The position numbers were made by a program, and so were the translations under genes. The notes under the pieces are model-generated. The model did no database searches. It had not been told where the DNA came from and was given only the letters and a program-made list of their open reading frames with translations. A stretch of DNA of 62,381 nucleotides, filler included, from Nitrospirae bacterium MYbin3 (GTDB lineage: Bacteria > Nitrospirota > Thermodesulfovibrionia > Thermodesulfovibrionales > Dissulfurispiraceae): the NCBI GenBank assembly GCA_002753335.1. It is 3 parts of 3 records of this genome, joined end to end, with 100 filler letters (N's around TTAATTAATTAA, not from the genome) between each part and the next. Parts side by side here need not be neighbours in the genome. Positions count along the whole stretch, not along the records: positions 24,326 to 47,939 come from PEAD01000036.1; positions 48,040 to 62,381 come from PEAD01000040.1; 1 more part is not named here. One strand, 5' to 3'. Below, in pieces: positions 45,910 to 55,849 of this stretch (the stretch's first letter is position 1; each line of letters opens with the position of its first letter).

Positions 45910-47517
45910 GGCGTTACTCTCAGCGAAACCTTTTGCTGGGTTAAGTTTTGATGGATCTATGGGCGGAAGTTCCCATAGATCCATTTTGATTTTTCCGCTA
46001 AGTTTGTTATGTTTTGTGTCTTTTCTTACATTCGCACTATAAGATATCTTTTTAATCAAGAGGTGCATTAAATCATATTTTTCATCCTGGGTAAGTTTGT
46101 CATAAACATCCTCAAACGTTTTGAAATTTTCTTTAATAATATCGGCGCTAACAATTTTATTTTCTATGCTGTTAATCGCAAAACCCACACTATTTATCTC
46201 ATTTTTAAGTTGTTCAGACTGTGTTTCTAAATCATCGATCTCTTTCATAATATAGTTTGTGCGACTATTCTTCTTCCCTTCTCCTCCAAGCACAGAAAGA
46301 AGATTTTTGGCTTTTTTATCCACCTGCGCCAGATTATCGGTTAACATTTTCTTTTTTACGTATAAATTTCTTACTTTTCCTTTATGTTCTTTTGTCGCAT
46401 TATCAATAACACCTGAAACTATGCGCGGATCTTTTGCCAAAAACTTCAATTCATCAACAACAAGAGCTTCAATCTCACGCGCATTAACGCTCCCGATTTC
46501 GCATTGTCTCTTGCTTGCATCGTTATCCACAGTACACCTGTAATAGCAATACTTTTTCTCTTTAGATATGGAAAAACTTGGCGTCATGGCAGAGTTGCAA
46601 TTTTTGCAATAAAGAAGACCTCTCAATAAAAACTGATTGTCATCCTGTCTGTATCCTGTTTTTGTCATATTGTTAACAAAGAGCATTGACTTGACGGAAT
46701 CGAAAACCTCCTCGCTGATAATTGCTGAATGCTTTCCTGGATAAGTAGTATCTTTATGTCTTATTTTGCCGATGTAAATAGGATCGCTTAACAGCCTGCT
46801 AAGGTTAGTCTTGTTGAATTTGTCGCCTCCTAGCTCTCTGCCTGCCCTAGTGGTCCACTGTTTCATGCGATAACCTTTGTTATTTAATGCTATTGCGGTT
46901 TTGCTAAGAGAACCCTTTTTTATATATGTCTCAAATATTTCCTGGGCTATAGGAACTTCTGCTTTATTAATGATAAGACATTTGTTCTCATAGTCAATAT
47001 CATATCCAAGACGAGGATAGCCACCGTTAAAAAATCCTTGGCTCGCCCGGTGGGTCATTATATCTGTAGTTCTCTCTGATGTTTGTTCCCTTTCCATTTG
47101 TGCAAATATCAAAACAATCCGGATTACAGCCCTTCCTATAGCTGTAGATGTATCAAAATTTTCCTGCAAGGATATTAGGTCAATTTCTTTTTTCTCAAAA
47201 GATTTAAACATATGTTCAAAGTCAATAATGGATCGGGAAAGTCTATCGATCTTTTTTACGATAACTGTGTTTATGTTGCCTTTTATTATATCGGCCAGCA
47301 TTCTCTGGAACTCCGGCCTGTTAGTGTCTTTGCCAGAAAACCCTTCTTCCCGATAGATGCTGAAGTTAGTCCATTTTTTGTAAGTACAATAACTTTTCAA
47401 CTTTTCGATTTGTTCGTCGAGGGAGTCCCCATCTGTTGCTTGAGCCCCAGTCGAAACCCTGACATATAAAGCACATTTTCTTTCTTTATCTTCGCGTTCT
47501 TCCATCTTTGTTTCCAT
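45868..47517 (-). CDS. large serine recombinase (resolvase + recombinase + Zn-ribbon/coiled coil)
   Basis: YVRVST catalytic Ser, SGKDTNRPEFQRM, DRLSRS, ERT, GYD, CKNC...YYRC. Confidence 0.93.
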   Translation of the reverse strand: METKMEEREDKERKCALYVRVSTGAQATDGDSLDEQIEKLKSYCTYKKWTNFSIYREEGFSGKDTNRPEFQRMLADIIKGNINTVIVKKIDRLSRSIIDFEHMFKSFEKKEIDLISLQENFDTSTAIGRAVIRIVLIFAQMEREQTSERTTDIMTHRASQGFFNGGYPRLGYDIDYENKCLIINKAEVPIAQEIFETYIKKGSLSKTAIALNNKGYRMKQWTTRAGRELGGDKFNKTNLSRLLSDPIYIGKIRHKDTTYPGKHSAIISEEVFDSVKSMLFVNNMTKTGYRQDDNQFLLRGLLYCKNCNSAMTPSFSISKEKKYCYYRCTVDNDASKRQCEIGSVNAREIEALVVDELKFLAKDPRIVSGVIDNATKEHKGKVRNLYVKKKMLTDNLAQVDKKAKNLLSVLGGEGKKNSRTNYIMKEIDDLETQSEQLKNEINSVGFAINSIENKIVSADIIKENFKTFEDVYDKLTQDEKYDLMHLLIKKISYSANVRKDTKHNKLSGKIKMDLWELPPIDPSKLNPAKGFAESNAWLPRRDSNPRQGG

Positions 47518-47939
47518 GTTTTGTTAAGAGTAACATATAGTCGAGTTTTGGTTCAATGCTAGTAACCTGTGATCTCATCAAACTGTCGTAGGCTTGGCGA
47601 CACTTACGACATTCCCTCTGATCTTGTCGCCTCTCTTAATAGCGTTTTCAACTGCTAGCATCTCTATCCGCAAAACCTTATCTGCCCCAGATTTCTTTTT
47701 GTTGACGAGAAACATAGCGTTACATTTTTCTGTGTTTACAGGGATAACAACAACCAATACGTCATGAGGGAGAACGACATATTGGATGTCTATGTCTGTT
47801 CCAACTCTTAATGTCGTTGATATATTGTCACGTCCCAAGTAACCGAGACCAATTCAATCCCAGATAATCGAGACCACCATTTTATTTATCTTATTTCTTC
47901 CGCATTTTTAAGTCAACATTTTTCACCTCGATTTTGCCT
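45868..47939. mobile_element. one end of an integrative element/genomic island at tRNA-Asn (cut by contig end)
   Basis: Serine integrase abutting and overlapping the tRNA 3' half; sequence looks AT-richer than the flank; other end not in this contig. Confidence 0.7.
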
Positions 47940-48039
47940 NNNNNNNNNNNNNNNNNNNNNNNNNNNNNNNNNNNNNNNNNNNNTTAATTAATTAANNNNN
48001 NNNNNNNNNNNNNNNNNNNNNNNNNNNNNNNNNNNNNNN
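47940..48039. other. artificial contig spacer
   Basis: 44 N + TTAATTAATTAA + 44 N. Confidence 0.97.
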
Positions 48040-48138
48040 GCCTGCTTAATCACACTTACTTACGTCGTCTAATTCCTACTGCATACTCTTTTCATATTTG
48101 CATCTCTTTTTTCATGAAACTTTTGACATTACCGGTTT

Positions 48139-48894
48139 TTAGAGAGAGCCGGAGGGCTTACCGAGAGACTTTATAAACTCGCGGTTAAGCTTTGCTATAA
48201 AAGAAACTTTGATGCCTTTTGGACATGCGGCCTGACATTCATAATGGTTGCTGCAGTTTCCAAAACCCTGCTTCATCATCTCTTCGGTCATGGCGCAAAC
48301 CCTCCGCGCAGCCTCAGTACGGCCTTGAGGCAGAAGCGCTAAATGTGCTACTTTTGCGCTGACAAATAACATTGCCGAACCGTTGGGACAGGCCGCAACA
48401 CAAGCGCCGCAGCCTATGCATTCAGCCGCGTCCATAGCCCTGTCCAATTCGGATTTTGGAATTAATATCGCGTTGGCGTCCGGCACGCCGCCGGTGCTCA
48501 CAGAAACATATCCGCCCGACTGAATTAAGCGGTCAAGTGCGCTTCTATCAACAACTAAATCTTTTATCACAGGGAACGCCTTGGCCCGCCAAGGCTCTAT
48601 GTAGATGGAGTCTCCGTCTTTAAAATTTCTCATGTGCAGCTGGCATACCGTAGTCTTTTCCTGCGGTCCATGTGCTGTGCCGTTGATCACCTGCGAACAG
48701 GTGCCGCAGATGCCCTCGCGGCAGTCGTGGTCAAAGGCGATAGGCTCCATGCCTTTTTTAATAAGACCTTCATTAACCACATCCAGCATTTCGAGAAACG
48801 ACATGTCAGGGCTTATATCAAGGGCTTCATACTGCTGCATGCTGCCGCTCTCTCCGGCGCTTTTCTGTCTCCATATAAAAAGGGTAAGGTTCAT
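48139..48894 (-). CDS. sdhB: succinate dehydrogenase/fumarate reductase Fe-S subunit
   Basis: [32 protein letters not shown]. Confidence 0.95.
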   Translation of the reverse strand: MNLTLFIWRQKSAGESGSMQQYEALDISPDMSFLEMLDVVNEGLIKKGMEPIAFDHDCREGICGTCSQVINGTAHGPQEKTTVCQLHMRNFKDGDSIYIEPWRAKAFPVIKDLVVDRSALDRLIQSGGYVSVSTGGVPDANAILIPKSELDRAMDAAECIGCGACVAACPNGSAMLFVSAKVAHLALLPQGRTEAARRVCAMTEEMMKQGFGNCSNHYECQAACPKGIKVSFIAKLNREFIKSLGKPSGSL

Positions 48895-50807
48895 TATTTA
48901 TAGCTCCTTACCGCAAGATGAACATTCTCGAATTCAAGCGGCTCCTTGTGCAAATCAGGCTCTTTGCCTTCGCCCTTGAATTCCCACGCAGCCACATATC
49001 TGAAATTCTCGTCATCTCTCTTTGCCTCGCCGTCCGGCATCTGGTACTCCTCACGAAAATGCCCGCCACACGACTCTTTGCGCTGCAAAGCATCCAAAAC
49101 AAAAAGCTCTGCAAACTCAAGAAAATCGGCCACGCGCCCCGCTTTTTCGAGCTCCTGATTAAGTTCTGTTCCGCTCCCGACAACCTTTACATTTTCCCAA
49201 AATTCGGCCTTAAGCTGAGGAATTAATCTGAGCGCTTTTTCAAGCCCCTCTTCGTTGCGCGCCATGCCCGCATACTCCCACATTATGCGCCCCAGTTCGC
49301 GATGGAACTCATTCACCGTTTTTTTGCCGTTTATCGAAAGTAGTTTGCGAGTGAAACTTTCGGTTTCATCTTTAGACTTTTTAAATTCTGCATTGTCTGT
49401 CGTAATTTTGCCCAGAGAAGTACGGGCAAGATAATCGGCAATAGTGTAAGGGATAACGAAATATCCGTCCGCAAGCCCCTGCATAAGAGCGCTTGCACCA
49501 AGCCTGTTTGCTCCGTGGTCAGAAAAATTCGCCTCGCCTAAAACAAAAAGCCCGGGGATGTTGCTCTGAAGATTGTAGTCAACCCAAAGCCCGCCCATCG
49601 TATAATGCGGGGCAGGATAGATGCGCATAGGCTGCGCATAGGCATCCTCGTCCGTTATCTTTTTATACATATCAAAAAGATTGCCATAGCGTTCCTGAAT
49701 TTTTTCTTTGCCGAACCGTTTTATTGCATCACCGAAATCAAGATAAACACCGCGTGCTCCGGGGCCTACGCCTCTGCCTTCATCGCAAACCTCTTTTGCA
49801 GCCCGTGATGAAATGTCGCGGGGCGCAAGATTGCCAAAGCTCGGATATTTGCGCTCAAGATAGTAGTCGCGCTCGTCTTCGGGTATTTCGGACGGATGTC
49901 TTGTATCGCCCTGTTTTTTAGGAGCCCATACCCTTCCGTCATTCCTCAGCGATTCGGACATCAGCGTCAGCTTTGATTGATGGTCACCTGTTACAGGAAT
50001 ACAGGTTGGATGTATCTGCGTAAAGCAGGGATTCGCAAAATAAGCACCTTTTTTATATGCCCTGTAAATGGCGGTGGTGTTGCTTCCCATCGCGTTTGTC
50101 GAAAGGTAAAAAACATTTGAGTATCCGCCTGTGCAGAGGCATACAGCATCCGCCGCGTGGGAACTGATCTGCCCTGATACGAGATCCCGGACCGTTATTC
50201 CCTTGGCCTCGCCATTAACTATTACGAGATCCAACATCTCTGTGCGAGGATAAAGCTTCACCGAGCCTGCGTGAATCTGTCTCGAAAGCGCAGCATACGC
50301 GCCGAGCAGCAATTGCTGGCCTGTCTGTCCGCGAGCATAAAAAGTCCGCGAGACTTGCGCTCCGCCGAACGAGCGGTTTTCAAGGTATCCAGCATAGTCG
50401 CGCGCAAAGGGCACACCCTGCGCCACGCATTGATCAATTATCTGGTTGCTGATAGCTGCGAGGCGATAAACATTCGCCTCTCTCGCCCTGAAATCCCCGC
50501 CCTTGACCGTGTCATAAAAAAGGCGATATACAGTGTCGCCGTCATTGGGATAGTTTTTTGCCGCGTTTATGCCGCCCTGTGCTGCTATGCTGTGTGCCCT
50601 GCGGCCGCTGTCCTGATAGCAGAAGACCTCGACATTATATCCGAGCTCTCCGAGTGTTGCGGCAGCTGAAGCTCCGGCAAGACCGGTGCCAACAACAATA
50701 ATTTTATACTTGCGCTTGTTCGCCGGATTTACAAGCTTAAGGTCTTGTCTGTGCTTGTCCCACTTAAGAGAAAGCGGGCCCGAAGGGCATTTGCCGTCGA
50801 GTATCAT
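48894..50807 (-). CDS. sdhA: succinate dehydrogenase/fumarate reductase flavoprotein
   Basis: [44 protein letters not shown]. Confidence 0.95.
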   Translation of the reverse strand: MILDGKCPSGPLSLKWDKHRQDLKLVNPANKRKYKIIVVGTGLAGASAAATLGELGYNVEVFCYQDSGRRAHSIAAQGGINAAKNYPNDGDTVYRLFYDTVKGGDFRAREANVYRLAAISNQIIDQCVAQGVPFARDYAGYLENRSFGGAQVSRTFYARGQTGQQLLLGAYAALSRQIHAGSVKLYPRTEMLDLVIVNGEAKGITVRDLVSGQISSHAADAVCLCTGGYSNVFYLSTNAMGSNTTAIYRAYKKGAYFANPCFTQIHPTCIPVTGDHQSKLTLMSESLRNDGRVWAPKKQGDTRHPSEIPEDERDYYLERKYPSFGNLAPRDISSRAAKEVCDEGRGVGPGARGVYLDFGDAIKRFGKEKIQERYGNLFDMYKKITDEDAYAQPMRIYPAPHYTMGGLWVDYNLQSNIPGLFVLGEANFSDHGANRLGASALMQGLADGYFVIPYTIADYLARTSLGKITTDNAEFKKSKDETESFTRKLLSINGKKTVNEFHRELGRIMWEYAGMARNEEGLEKALRLIPQLKAEFWENVKVVGSGTELNQELEKAGRVADFLEFAELFVLDALQRKESCGGHFREEYQMPDGEAKRDDENFRYVAAWEFKGEGKEPDLHKEPLEFENVHLAVRSYK

Positions 50808-50811
50808 CGCG

Positions 50812-51456
50812 TTACCTCACAGCCCCGAGCAGGATAAACAGAGGGATGGAAGAATATCCTGCAAAAAGAACCATAGAAATTATCACTGCTGATTTCATAA
50901 TAAAAGGCATGGCAGCTTCAGAATTCATTCCGAGCGTTTGAAAGGAACTCTGAATCCCATGGCTGAGATGGTAAAACAAAGCAGTAATTGAGGCAACATA
51001 AACCAAAACCACAGGCAAAGAACTAAAGCCCTGCACCACCATTCCAAAGACATCAGGCCTTGAAAAAAGGTCTCTGCCCGGAACACCCGAAAAGGTGAAC
51101 TGAATGAGGTGGTATAAAAGAAATGCGGCTATGACACTGCCTGTCCATATCATGTTTTTTGATGCAAAGGTGGCCTTCTGGCTTTTAATTATGGCGTATG
51201 CCTGCGGCTTAGCCGCCCTGTTTTCGAGCGTGATCAGAACCCCATATAAAACATGAATCGTAAGAACAGCAAGCATTATAAGCCTGAAAGACCAGACGAG
51301 AAGCGGCAAAGAATGCAAACGCTCAGCATAGCTGTTAAGCGCACCGGAATAGACCGTAAAGTTGCCGAGCAGGTGCACTATAACAAAGGCAATCAATGCC
51401 TGCCCGCTTAAGGCCATCAAATTTTTTCTTCCCACAGTATTGCTGAACAATCGCAT
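50812..51456 (-). CDS. sdhC: succinate dehydrogenase cytochrome b subunit (5 TM)
   Basis: VGRK..MALSG, HLLGN, HLSHG..S.FQTLG; start at ATG 51456 with SD AAGGGG. Confidence 0.9.
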   Translation of the reverse strand: MRLFSNTVGRKNLMALSGQALIAFVIVHLLGNFTVYSGALNSYAERLHSLPLLVWSFRLIMLAVLTIHVLYGVLITLENRAAKPQAYAIIKSQKATFASKNMIWTGSVIAAFLLYHLIQFTFSGVPGRDLFSRPDVFGMVVQGFSSLPVVLVYVASITALFYHLSHGIQSSFQTLGMNSEAAMPFIMKSAVIISMVLFAGYSSIPLFILLGAVR

Positions 51457-51552
51457 CGATATCCCCTTAATTTGCAACTCTTTTAATTTTATCATATCGG
51501 TTTGTTTTGATGCTGCGAAAGGATTTCAAGCTCAAATAGGAGTTGACTTGTT

Positions 51553-51900
51553 TTAGGCTTTAGAATTTACGATTATAGCAACCTGTTTTTTCAATTTTGG
51601 AAGCTGCTTTTTTATGATATTCCAGACTATTTTGTAATCAACGCCAAAATAAAAATGTATCAGCTTGTCTCTAAATCCGGCAAGGGTTTTCCAAGGAACA
51701 TCAGGCTGCTTTGCCTTAAAATCAGCCGCAATATTTTTTGCTGCTTCTCCGATTACCTCAAAATTTCTTACAACAGCATCCCGCGTTTTGCGGTCATCAA
51801 GAAATTCTTTATAAGTCATCCCATTTGTGTAAGAACTGATATATTCTATCGCCTCTAAAATATCTCCAACAAAATCTTTGTCTCTTCGTTTCTTAGACAT
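51553..51900 (-). CDS. HEPN (DUF86, HepT-like) RNase toxin
   Basis: DAVVRNFEVIGEA, PW, RDKLIH (RX4H), YFGVD..IVW. Confidence 0.9.
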   Translation of the reverse strand: MSKKRRDKDFVGDILEAIEYISSYTNGMTYKEFLDDRKTRDAVVRNFEVIGEAAKNIAADFKAKQPDVPWKTLAGFRDKLIHFYFGVDYKIVWNIIKKQLPKLKKQVAIIVNSKA

Positions 51901-52267
51901 AAACCAAGCTCCCTTTTATGTCCTCAGCAATGTGCTTATAGCGCGGGTTCTGAAAGCTGCTCATATAATGATTATATGTTGCTAAATCAACCTTTCTACC
52001 AAGTATCTTTTCAAGCTCATCCGCAAGAGATACAAATTCGAATCCTATCGGTTTTTTAAGGTCCACCAGAATATCAACATCACTCTTTTTCCTCTGAGTC
52101 CCTTTAGCAAAAGAACCGTAAAGGATTATCTTTCTTACACCGTAACTGTTTTTTAAAGAAGGCATTGCTTTTCGTAATGTTGCGATTATATCTTCACGGG
52201 ATACAGGTTCAGGCTTGGAGCGAATCGTCGGTGATTTTGAAATAGCTTTTTGTTTTAAGGTGCCCAG
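51893..52267 (-). CDS. minimal nucleotidyltransferase (MNT) antitoxin, probable CTG start (124 aa)
   Basis: YGSFAKG...SDVDILV, LGRKVDL; frame open 34 codons upstream of the listed ATG, with SD AAGGAGG 6 nt before CTG 52267. Confidence 0.85.
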   Translation of the reverse strand: MGTLKQKAISKSPTIRSKPEPVSREDIIATLRKAMPSLKNSYGVRKIILYGSFAKGTQRKKSDVDILVDLKKPIGFEFVSLADELEKILGRKVDLATYNHYMSSFQNPRYKHIAEDIKGSLVYV

Positions 52268-52394
52268 AATATGCCTCCTTTCCTTCGTGCTTTATTTTAG
52301 CATGTTGTGGACTGTTGTATTGCCTGCGCCGTGTGGTAACAAATGCTTATTTATTTGCTTTAAAGGTCGCTGTCCCTAATTTAATTCTCGCTCC

Positions 52395-52589
52395 TTACAA
52401 CTTGATTTGAAATCCATTTTGCCATCTTTTTTCGACCTCTTCGTGCAGAATGCCTTTGCCTTCATCCAATTCCTTCAAGCCCGCGTCAACCTGCAGTTTG
52501 AAGTATAATTCAGCCATAATATCATCAACGCTAATCTCTTCAGGAAGAGAACTAATCATTTGTATTACCTGCTCTTTTACTCCGGCCAT
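52395..52589 (-). CDS. orphan type II antitoxin-like protein (cognate toxin deleted, C-terminus apparently frameshifted)
   Basis: KEQVIQMISSLPEEIS.DDIMAELYF...GLKELDEGK..HEEV; paralog of 336-452. Confidence 0.7.
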   Translation of the reverse strand: MAGVKEQVIQMISSLPEEISVDDIMAELYFKLQVDAGLKELDEGKGILHEEVEKRWQNGFQIKL

Positions 52590-52702
52590 AATGTACCGCC
52601 TATGTTTTTAAATATACCACAAAAAGTTTGCTCTACCTCTGCATCTGCGCCGTGTGGCTATAAGCAGGTGGATTTATCTTGTTTTATTTGACCCTATTTT
52701 AT

Positions 52703-53110
52703 TTACAACTGTTTCTGCATACTGCCTGTCATAGCCAAGTCGAAGTTATATCCTTTACATAAATACCAATTAACCATGTCTGTTTGAGAAAATGTGCAAT
52801 CTAATGTAGACGGTCGTAAATATGTTTTACGAAATCCCTCTTGCATTGCAACTTTTTCAATTTCAGTTAAAAGTGCCGTACCAATACCTTTTCTACGCAT
52901 ATTCCGTAACACAAAAATCTCATATATTACCATCCGGCTAATTTCTGGTTCAGGCCAGCGATCTAAAGAAACAAAGGCCACTTCACCGCAATCAGCTATA
53001 ACCCTATAATGTTTAGTTTTCAAGCTTTTTGAACTTTCACTTGCACGCATCATCAATTCTGATGACTTAAAACAATCTGCCGTATCCGCCTTTATTAATT
53101 GAATTTCCAT
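52703..53110 (-). CDS. GNAT-family N-acetyltransferase
   Basis: Motif A IFV..MRRKGIGTALL and WY..KGY. Confidence 0.75.
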   Translation of the reverse strand: MEIQLIKADTADCFKSSELMMRASESSKSLKTKHYRVIADCGEVAFVSLDRWPEPEISRMVIYEIFVLRNMRRKGIGTALLTEIEKVAMQEGFRKTYLRPSTLDCTFSQTDMVNWYLCKGYNFDLAMTGSMQKQL

Positions 53111-53140
53111 TTATAGATTTTTAATTTGAACAAAAAACCG

Positions 53141-55519
53141 CTACCATTTCTCTCCCACTTTTATAAGTATATCTTGAGCCGGTTTGTTCCCCAGTCTTGC
53201 TGCAGTTATAAGATCATCTTTCCCTTTTTGGTAGGAGTCTATGCTCATATACGCTCTGCCTCTATTAAAATATGCGTGATCGTTTTTGGGGTCCATCGAA
53301 ATAGCTTTGTTAAAGTCAGTCAGAGCTTCTTGCGAGCGGCCTAAGTCTATGAGAGTTGCTCCTCTTCCAACTAAAGCTGCAAGAAAATAATGAGAATTTT
53401 GGGGTGCAGCCTGAATAATATAATTAAAATCTTTTAAAGCTGCATCGTTGTTGATTATATTGCTGTAATAAACGGACCCACGAAGAAAAAATGCCTGCCA
53501 GTTTTGTGCATTTAGATTTATCGCACTATCAAAATCATCCAATGCTTTCTTGTATTCATTAATTATCAAATACACATTTCCTCTCTGTGTATAAAGCTGG
53601 CTAATGGATAAATATTTAAAGTCATGATCCTTGTTTTGCCAATGCTCTATAGCTTTAGTGTAATCATTTATTGCTTCCTGGTATTTCCCCATATACATAA
53701 AAGAATTTCCTCTATATTCATAAGCGGTCTCAGGAAAAGAGTTGACTTGTATAATCAGAGAAAAATCTTCAATAGCAGACTGGTAGTTACCTAAGTGGTA
53801 ATATGCAATTCCTCTATTTTGCAAGTCATCCGCAAGAAAAAGGAAAGGATTCACTGTTATTCCTTCAAATTTTCTTTTTCTCATTTCGATGGCTGCATTA
53901 TAATCCTCAATTGCTTTCTTATAATTACCTATCTTTGAATAAGTATCTCCTCGCCTTCCTAAGAGAGTTCGGACAGCATCATTTTTTTTATGGCCGAACA
54001 TTTTAAGGAACTTAGCATTAATAGCGTCTGTGTAATCCTCTATTGCTTTCGAATATTCTTCCTGCCTAGTCCAATAAATAGCTCTTTCAATAAAAAACTC
54101 ACCATGCATAGGTGAGTTTTTTATTGATTGTTCATAAGCATTTATTGCATTCTGGGCCTCTTTTACATCTGAATGAATCGAAGCTTTAAGAAGAAAAACT
54201 GCTGACGCTAGGATAGGTGACATTTTCAGTTTGGTAGCCTTGTTTATGGTTTTTAAGGCAAGTTTTATGTCTTTTTTCGTTATCCAATATCCATCAGCTA
54301 AAAAGTAGTACCCTATTGCCGATTGTGGAAACAGTTCCGTTACTTTTTTATAATCGGCAATCGCCAATTCCAGATAATTATCTTTCCACATATTAGCCCT
54401 TAGATATTTTCCGCGATAAAGGTAACCCCTATAATCTTTGGGGATTTTTTTTATATAGTTATCAAAAATCTCTTTTACCCAAGGTTCATAAAGCCTAAAA
54501 TTGCGAGGGTCTTTGTCGAATATGAAATCCAAATCTTTTATTCCTAAATCATATCTACCAAGTTTAAAATAAGCTAGTGCTCTCATTTCGCAAGTATGTA
54601 TAACTTGGTCCTCAATATCCTCCGGTTCAAGAGCTATAATTGTTATATCTTTATCATTCCAGTTATTCAAATTAATAGCTTTGTCTAAATCCTTTATGCT
54701 TTTTACATATTCATCCAGAAATATAAGCAACGATCCTCTTAAATAGTAAGGTAGGGAATAGGTTGGAACACTATCGATCACTTTACTCAAGGCTTCTATT
54801 GCTTCTTTTATCTCTGGTGAGTTTTTGTAGTTCTCTTCATTTTGGCCCTGAAGTTTTGTAAATGCGAGTTTAAGCCAATCCAGGGCACTCAGTTTATTTA
54901 CTGTATCATTGTATTGTTTTATTGTTGTGCCATCTGTCTTTCCGGTTAATTCTTTTTTTAACCGTTCAACCTCCTTCGCTAAGTCCTCACTTTTCTTTTT
55001 AGACTGCTCAAGCTCCAGGCTTTTATTAACATCTCGGCGTATTTTATCAATAGCTTTTGTAACCTCATTTGTATCTGCAGAGACAGTTGCTTTGAGCCAG
55101 TATATTTTGCCGTCCCATTTCTCATCAACAACGAAAGTTGTAACTATCCCGGCGGTGTACGTTACTATCTGATCCCTTGTTAGATGAAAGTCCTTAACCT
55201 CAGTTTCGCTGGTAATAAAGATTCCTATTTCCTCCAATATAAGCCTCTTGACCTGTTCTAAAGCGAGAATGCGGCTTGAGGCTTTGGAATCAAATTCGCT
55301 AGCTTGATAGGTATACTCTTTTGTAAATGTAACTTTCTCGGCAAAGGCAGGAACGGCAAATAGGCATAATAAAAGCGTCAGCGATATTTTAAAAAAACAA
55401 GCATCAATTTTGTCATTGCCCGACTTGATCGGGCAATCCAGATTTTTCCTAAAAGACTGGATTCCCGCCTGCGCGGGAATGACGACATCTGTGATTCTAA
55501 TATTAGAAAAGCGCGACAT
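53141..55519 (-). CDS. exported multi-TPR protein
   Basis: SD GGGAGG, signal h-region LTLLLCLFAVPAFA, many TPRs (RG..Y..LG.YQ.AI.D(Y/F)..AI), C-terminal AARLGN..AQ. Confidence 0.88.
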   Translation of the reverse strand: MSRFSNIRITDVVIPAQAGIQSFRKNLDCPIKSGNDKIDACFFKISLTLLLCLFAVPAFAEKVTFTKEYTYQASEFDSKASSRILALEQVKRLILEEIGIFITSETEVKDFHLTRDQIVTYTAGIVTTFVVDEKWDGKIYWLKATVSADTNEVTKAIDKIRRDVNKSLELEQSKKKSEDLAKEVERLKKELTGKTDGTTIKQYNDTVNKLSALDWLKLAFTKLQGQNEENYKNSPEIKEAIEALSKVIDSVPTYSLPYYLRGSLLIFLDEYVKSIKDLDKAINLNNWNDKDITIIALEPEDIEDQVIHTCEMRALAYFKLGRYDLGIKDLDFIFDKDPRNFRLYEPWVKEIFDNYIKKIPKDYRGYLYRGKYLRANMWKDNYLELAIADYKKVTELFPQSAIGYYFLADGYWITKKDIKLALKTINKATKLKMSPILASAVFLLKASIHSDVKEAQNAINAYEQSIKNSPMHGEFFIERAIYWTRQEEYSKAIEDYTDAINAKFLKMFGHKKNDAVRTLLGRRGDTYSKIGNYKKAIEDYNAAIEMRKRKFEGITVNPFLFLADDLQNRGIAYYHLGNYQSAIEDFSLIIQVNSFPETAYEYRGNSFMYMGKYQEAINDYTKAIEHWQNKDHDFKYLSISQLYTQRGNVYLIINEYKKALDDFDSAINLNAQNWQAFFLRGSVYYSNIINNDAALKDFNYIIQAAPQNSHYFLAALVGRGATLIDLGRSQEALTDFNKAISMDPKNDHAYFNRGRAYMSIDSYQKGKDDLITAARLGNKPAQDILIKVGEKW
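55412..55483. repeat. 72-bp double-hairpin palindromic element (REP/RPE/dRS3-like) inside the TPR gene
   Basis: gtcattgcccgacttgatcgggcaatccag ... ctggattcccgcctgcgcgggaatgac; contains ATTCCC-N8-GGGAAT. Confidence 0.85.
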
Positions 55520-55606
55520 AAACCCTCCCCAGCATTGAACAATAAGAAATTATGCCACTTGGCGGGAGAAAGGTAAAGGGAAAAGTACCATTTTCCTGAA
55601 ATAAAA

Positions 55607-55638
55607 ATTGCTTCGGGCCTTTGTCTCTCGCAATGACA
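55607..55638 (-). repeat. REP-like half element (TGTCATTGCGAG...CGAAGCAAT)
   Basis: Minus strand tgtcattgcgagagacaaaggcccgaagcaat; shares the GTCATTGC end with the element at 55412. Confidence 0.55.
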
Positions 55639-55805
55639 GGCAAAGCAGAGTGAAGGCTCTGCACGCCACCTCAGCGAGAGGGATAAGTTCCTGTCGTGAA
55701 TGCGGAATTTTTTTCGCTTCAGTTGCTCCAATAATCAATCAGGCAATTGCAAATGAACAGTAAGTTTGTTATTTTTACAACCGATAAAACTGCTCTGATG
55801 AAAAT

Positions 55806-55842
55806 TTACAATAGGGGGAGCATTGCGCTCCCCCTATTGTAA
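55806..55842 (-). terminator. terminator of the octaheme cytochrome gene
   Basis: Perfect 16-bp inverted repeat ttacaatagggggagc / gctccccctattgtaa 8 nt past the stop, followed by ATTTT on the minus strand. Confidence 0.8.
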
Positions 55843-55849
55843 GAAAATA

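Noticed and set aside
47578..47838. 86-aa ORF upstream of the integrase, a possible directionality factor
   Set aside because: TTG start with no SD, an in-frame TGA just upstream and no recognisable motif; cannot be supported
55378..55738. ORFs of 117 and 62 aa upstream of the TPR gene
   Set aside because: They run through REP-like palindromes (CHCER.., SSFPRRRES..), typical spurious translations
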